Source: Felis catus (taxonomy: Eukaryota). From it: 64,000 nt of DNA. The stretch lies in contig NC_058368.1 in the NCBI RefSeq assembly GCF_018350175.1, positions 97,032,001 through 97,096,000 on the forward strand, in the 5' to 3' direction. Position numbers and translations under genes: made by a program. Positions 60,892 to 64,000 of this stretch are shown here, piece by piece (position 1 is the stretch's first letter; every line of letters begins with the position of its first letter). The notes beneath the pieces are model-generated. The model saw nothing but the letters and a program-made list of their open reading frames with translations, did no database searches and had not been told where the DNA came from.

Positions 60892-62881
60892 TTAATGAAC
60901 TGAGGGGATGATGGCAAAGGGGCTCTGCAGGGTCAGCCAGCCTGCCGGCCACGCTGTCACAAAGGCCAGGATGGAGGCAGCTAAGAAAGGGCTTAATTAT
61001 CCAGCCATTCCTCATTTGAGTTGGAGGGAGCCAGCAGGAGGAGGGTGCTGGACCACCAATTAGGTTAGTCAGGAGGTTATTCGGTATAAGATCAGAAACA
61101 GAGGTGAGGCAAAGCCAGCGGGGGGCAAAACATCAAAGGTCCTCCTGGCCGTCAGGGGGTTCCCCTTCCCACTGTGGACCAGACCATTCCCATGACCTAA
61201 GGCTTCATTAGGTCGTCATTTCTGGCACCACTGAAATTCTGACCTTCTGTCTCAGAGAAGGATGTCATAACCCAGGATGCCCGGTGAACTCTAATCAGTG
61301 ACAATTTTAAAGACATTTTATTGCATCGTGGGTTTGACAGCCAAATGCTATTTTATAAGAACGCTTGTCTTAAGAACACTTCACTATAACAAAAGCATCT
61401 TTCTCTGACGTCTGCGATCATCACAGTTCACAGAATGAACGCCAGTGGCAGAATCATTCAACAAGACGTTTCAGGCTGGAAACATTCTTCCTGGTTCCTC
61501 TTGCAGTGATGTTCCCAGAGAATCCCTTTTCCATCCTCCGAAAATATCCTTAATCCTTGACGGAAAAGCCTGGATAACTAAGTATATTAGCACTACACTA
61601 GGCCCTAAGTCACGAAATCACAATGGAGAAATTGGTAGAGGACAGGTTTTAGGAGAGTTTTAGCCACTCAACCATTTAGAGTATCTTCTTTTTACCATAC
61701 TATTAAGCTCAGACACACATCCAGTGGGCTAAATACTCTAAACCCGAAATACATAAATTCTCCCTGAAATACACAAACCCTCCCTAAAATATGTAAATTC
61801 CACACCTGAATTATATAAACAATCCTAGCCAAATCCAGTCCTGGTACCATATATCCTTATTTGCCTTTTGGTTGCAAGATAAATTCATACCTACAGGATT
61901 TCCTAAGATATTTCAATCTCCTACTCCTGGCCATAAATAAGTGGGCAGGAGAAAATTAACAATATATTTGATATTATATAACTTTTTAGTAATTTATTCT
62001 GTATACATTTATCTTATTCTATTCTATAAACATTTGGATTTAATTGGTGAAGATTGATTTGTGTGATAGAATTTAATAATTACAAAAATATGATGTATTT
62101 TATTAAGACTATACTTAATCTTAATAAATACTATTAATCATTTAAAATTAATAATTGATCATTATTGATAATGCTTTCCATTTTTCATATCTTTGAGGTA
62201 GTCAGTGTCATGAACCTTGCTATTGTAGTAATATAATATATTCTATTTTAAAACATACCCTAAAATACATATGTATACATTCCTTTCTTTACTGTGAGGT
62301 GTTTTTTTTTTTCCAGTTTCGAATACATTTTGGGTTCAGTGTTGGGATGGAGGAAAGAAAAATCCACATTGCTTCACTGAAACTTACTGATAGAAAAGGT
62401 TATGAATAAGAATAAACCCCAGTAGTTTTACCCCCTCATTAAAATCCATCATTTGGGTATTTAGTGAGGTTGAGAGTTGGGGGAAGGAGTGACTCAGTCT
62501 TCTGCATCACAGTTGTCTCCTTTTCAAACGGAGGACAAGCAGGTATAAAATGCTGCCTGACCCGGGACAATAGCTCAGGATAATACATGCCACTTGGTGG
62601 ATTAAAAATTTATAAGATATTTTTCCATCTCTGCTTGGAATAAAAATGAATATATTCTTGTCTCGTGGCACATGATTTTTTACTCAGAGCTGAAGAGATG
62701 TGCAACACCTTAAATTCTGTGGGGTTTGCCTTTCTAATTATATTACACAGGAAATAAGCCAAACAACCTGAGTACCTGGCAGGAGAGTCCCATACCCCCC
62801 ACATACAAGTAAACTCTCTTTACATACAAATCCCAGTAGATGGGAATGTTATAGCTTTACCACCACCACCAGCACCCCCCC

Positions 62882-62912
62882 CACACACACACACACATGC
62901 TCATACACACAG

Positions 62913-62957
<45 letters not shown>
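62882..62957. repeat. (AC)n microsatellite, compound
   Basis: Interrupted then pure AC runs. Confidence 0.97.
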
Positions 62958-62958
<1 letters not shown>

Positions 62959-63115
62959 GTACCATGTCAAGATAACATTTTTCATTAAAGATTTCATTCC
63001 ACATCACACCATGTACCTGTGTATGTGTGCTTGGGCACACGTGAGTATACTCTCACGGTATATAAAATGTAACAGCTATCTCATGTTTCCAAAAGTCACA
63101 TTCATGTTTTCCCTT

Positions 63116-63185
63116 TGGTACCAGGCAGGGGCTAACAAAAGCACCCAATGAGGAGACCTCCATGTAAGGATGCTAAAAATCCACC
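63116..63185. repeat. Dispersed 70-bp duplicated element, copy B
   Basis: 65/70 identical to 60822-60891. Confidence 0.95.
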
Positions 63186-64000
63186 CCAGCGAACGAAAGG
63201 GTCTCCTGCCAGCCAGGTGGCAGCGTGCTGATAGAAATCTCATGGGACAGGGGGTGGGGGAAGTTGGTACATGCCCACATGGACACATGGAAAGTCTGGA
63301 GCCTGCCCTTTGCCCCATAAGTTACCTAGAGAGGAAACCTTTTGTTATGTGTAGTCATGTAACTTTGTTTAAATACATCAACAGAGAAAACTGATTTTCC
63401 CCCTTAAGGCAAGGGTTGAAGGTAATCTAAAAATATGTGTCATCTTTTGAAAGATGGCATTAATTTGTTTTGATCTCTAATGGTGCTGATTATCCACATT
63501 CCTTTCTACTGAGGACATGGCCCTCCCCTCAGGCCCTTTTATTTCTTGCCTTGCCCTGTATTGCTGCAGTTACTATGATGGAATACAACAGCTCACAATT
63601 TCTGTGATTAGAAATAATTCTGGATATGAGTAGATTCAGAGATGACTAAAATCATTGTAATACCTCAGCAATGTTGTGCTCAAAGATTTTTATTAAAAAT
63701 AAACTACTATTTTTGAATGAAATAAAAGTGTTATTCATGCAATCCACAAAAGAGAGAAAGCTTTTTCAAGGCATTAGTAAAAAGATATGGGCAGAGAGCA
63801 GAAAGGAAAGATGTTTAAGATAAAATAAAAAATTGAATTCCTATAATTATGTAGCAAGAATTAAACTTAAGTCCCAGGCTCTCAGAGATCCAGGAGAAAG
63901 GCTGAGAGTTTCAAGGTGAAATCCCAACTGAGAAGATAATTCAGCTAGCCATTGTAACCATCTGGGGTGATGAATGCAGAAATGCCCAGCAAAAGGCAAC

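Noticed and set aside
63145..63235. Hammerhead ribozyme or C/D-box snoRNA in the duplicated element (ATGAGGA ... CGAAA ... CTGA)
   Set aside because: The hammerhead CUGANGA core and three-stem layout are missing. The putative D boxes lie outside the shared block at different distances in the two copies, with no clear terminal stem. An Rfam scan would settle it.

Overview
This is mammalian genomic DNA, almost certainly from a felid (cat family), judged from the CAN-SINE/SINEC_Fc-type SINEs and carnivore-type L1. No host protein-coding exon could be confidently recognised, so the window reads as a large intron or an intergenic region. It holds one near full-length, disrupted L1 (3055-8646, +) with a nested younger L1 tail and an apparent 3' transduction. 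It also holds about 29 tRNA-derived SINEs (19 on +, 10 on -), three further L1 3' fragments, and old L2/MIR/MLT1/LTR33/hAT remnants. A TA-flanked Tc1/mariner-superfamily element with near-perfect 22-bp TIRs lies at 58894-59950, alongside several microsatellites and VNTRs. The least explained signals are an isolated 70-bp, 93%-identical duplicated element (60822-60891 / 63116-63185), a series of minus-strand microexon-like units (6, 6, 24, 35, 25, 42, 12 nt), and an 18-unit AT-rich minisatellite with a constant AAAATGGC core. Repeat family names come from memory of consensus sequences, not a database search, and old-repeat boundaries are approximate.
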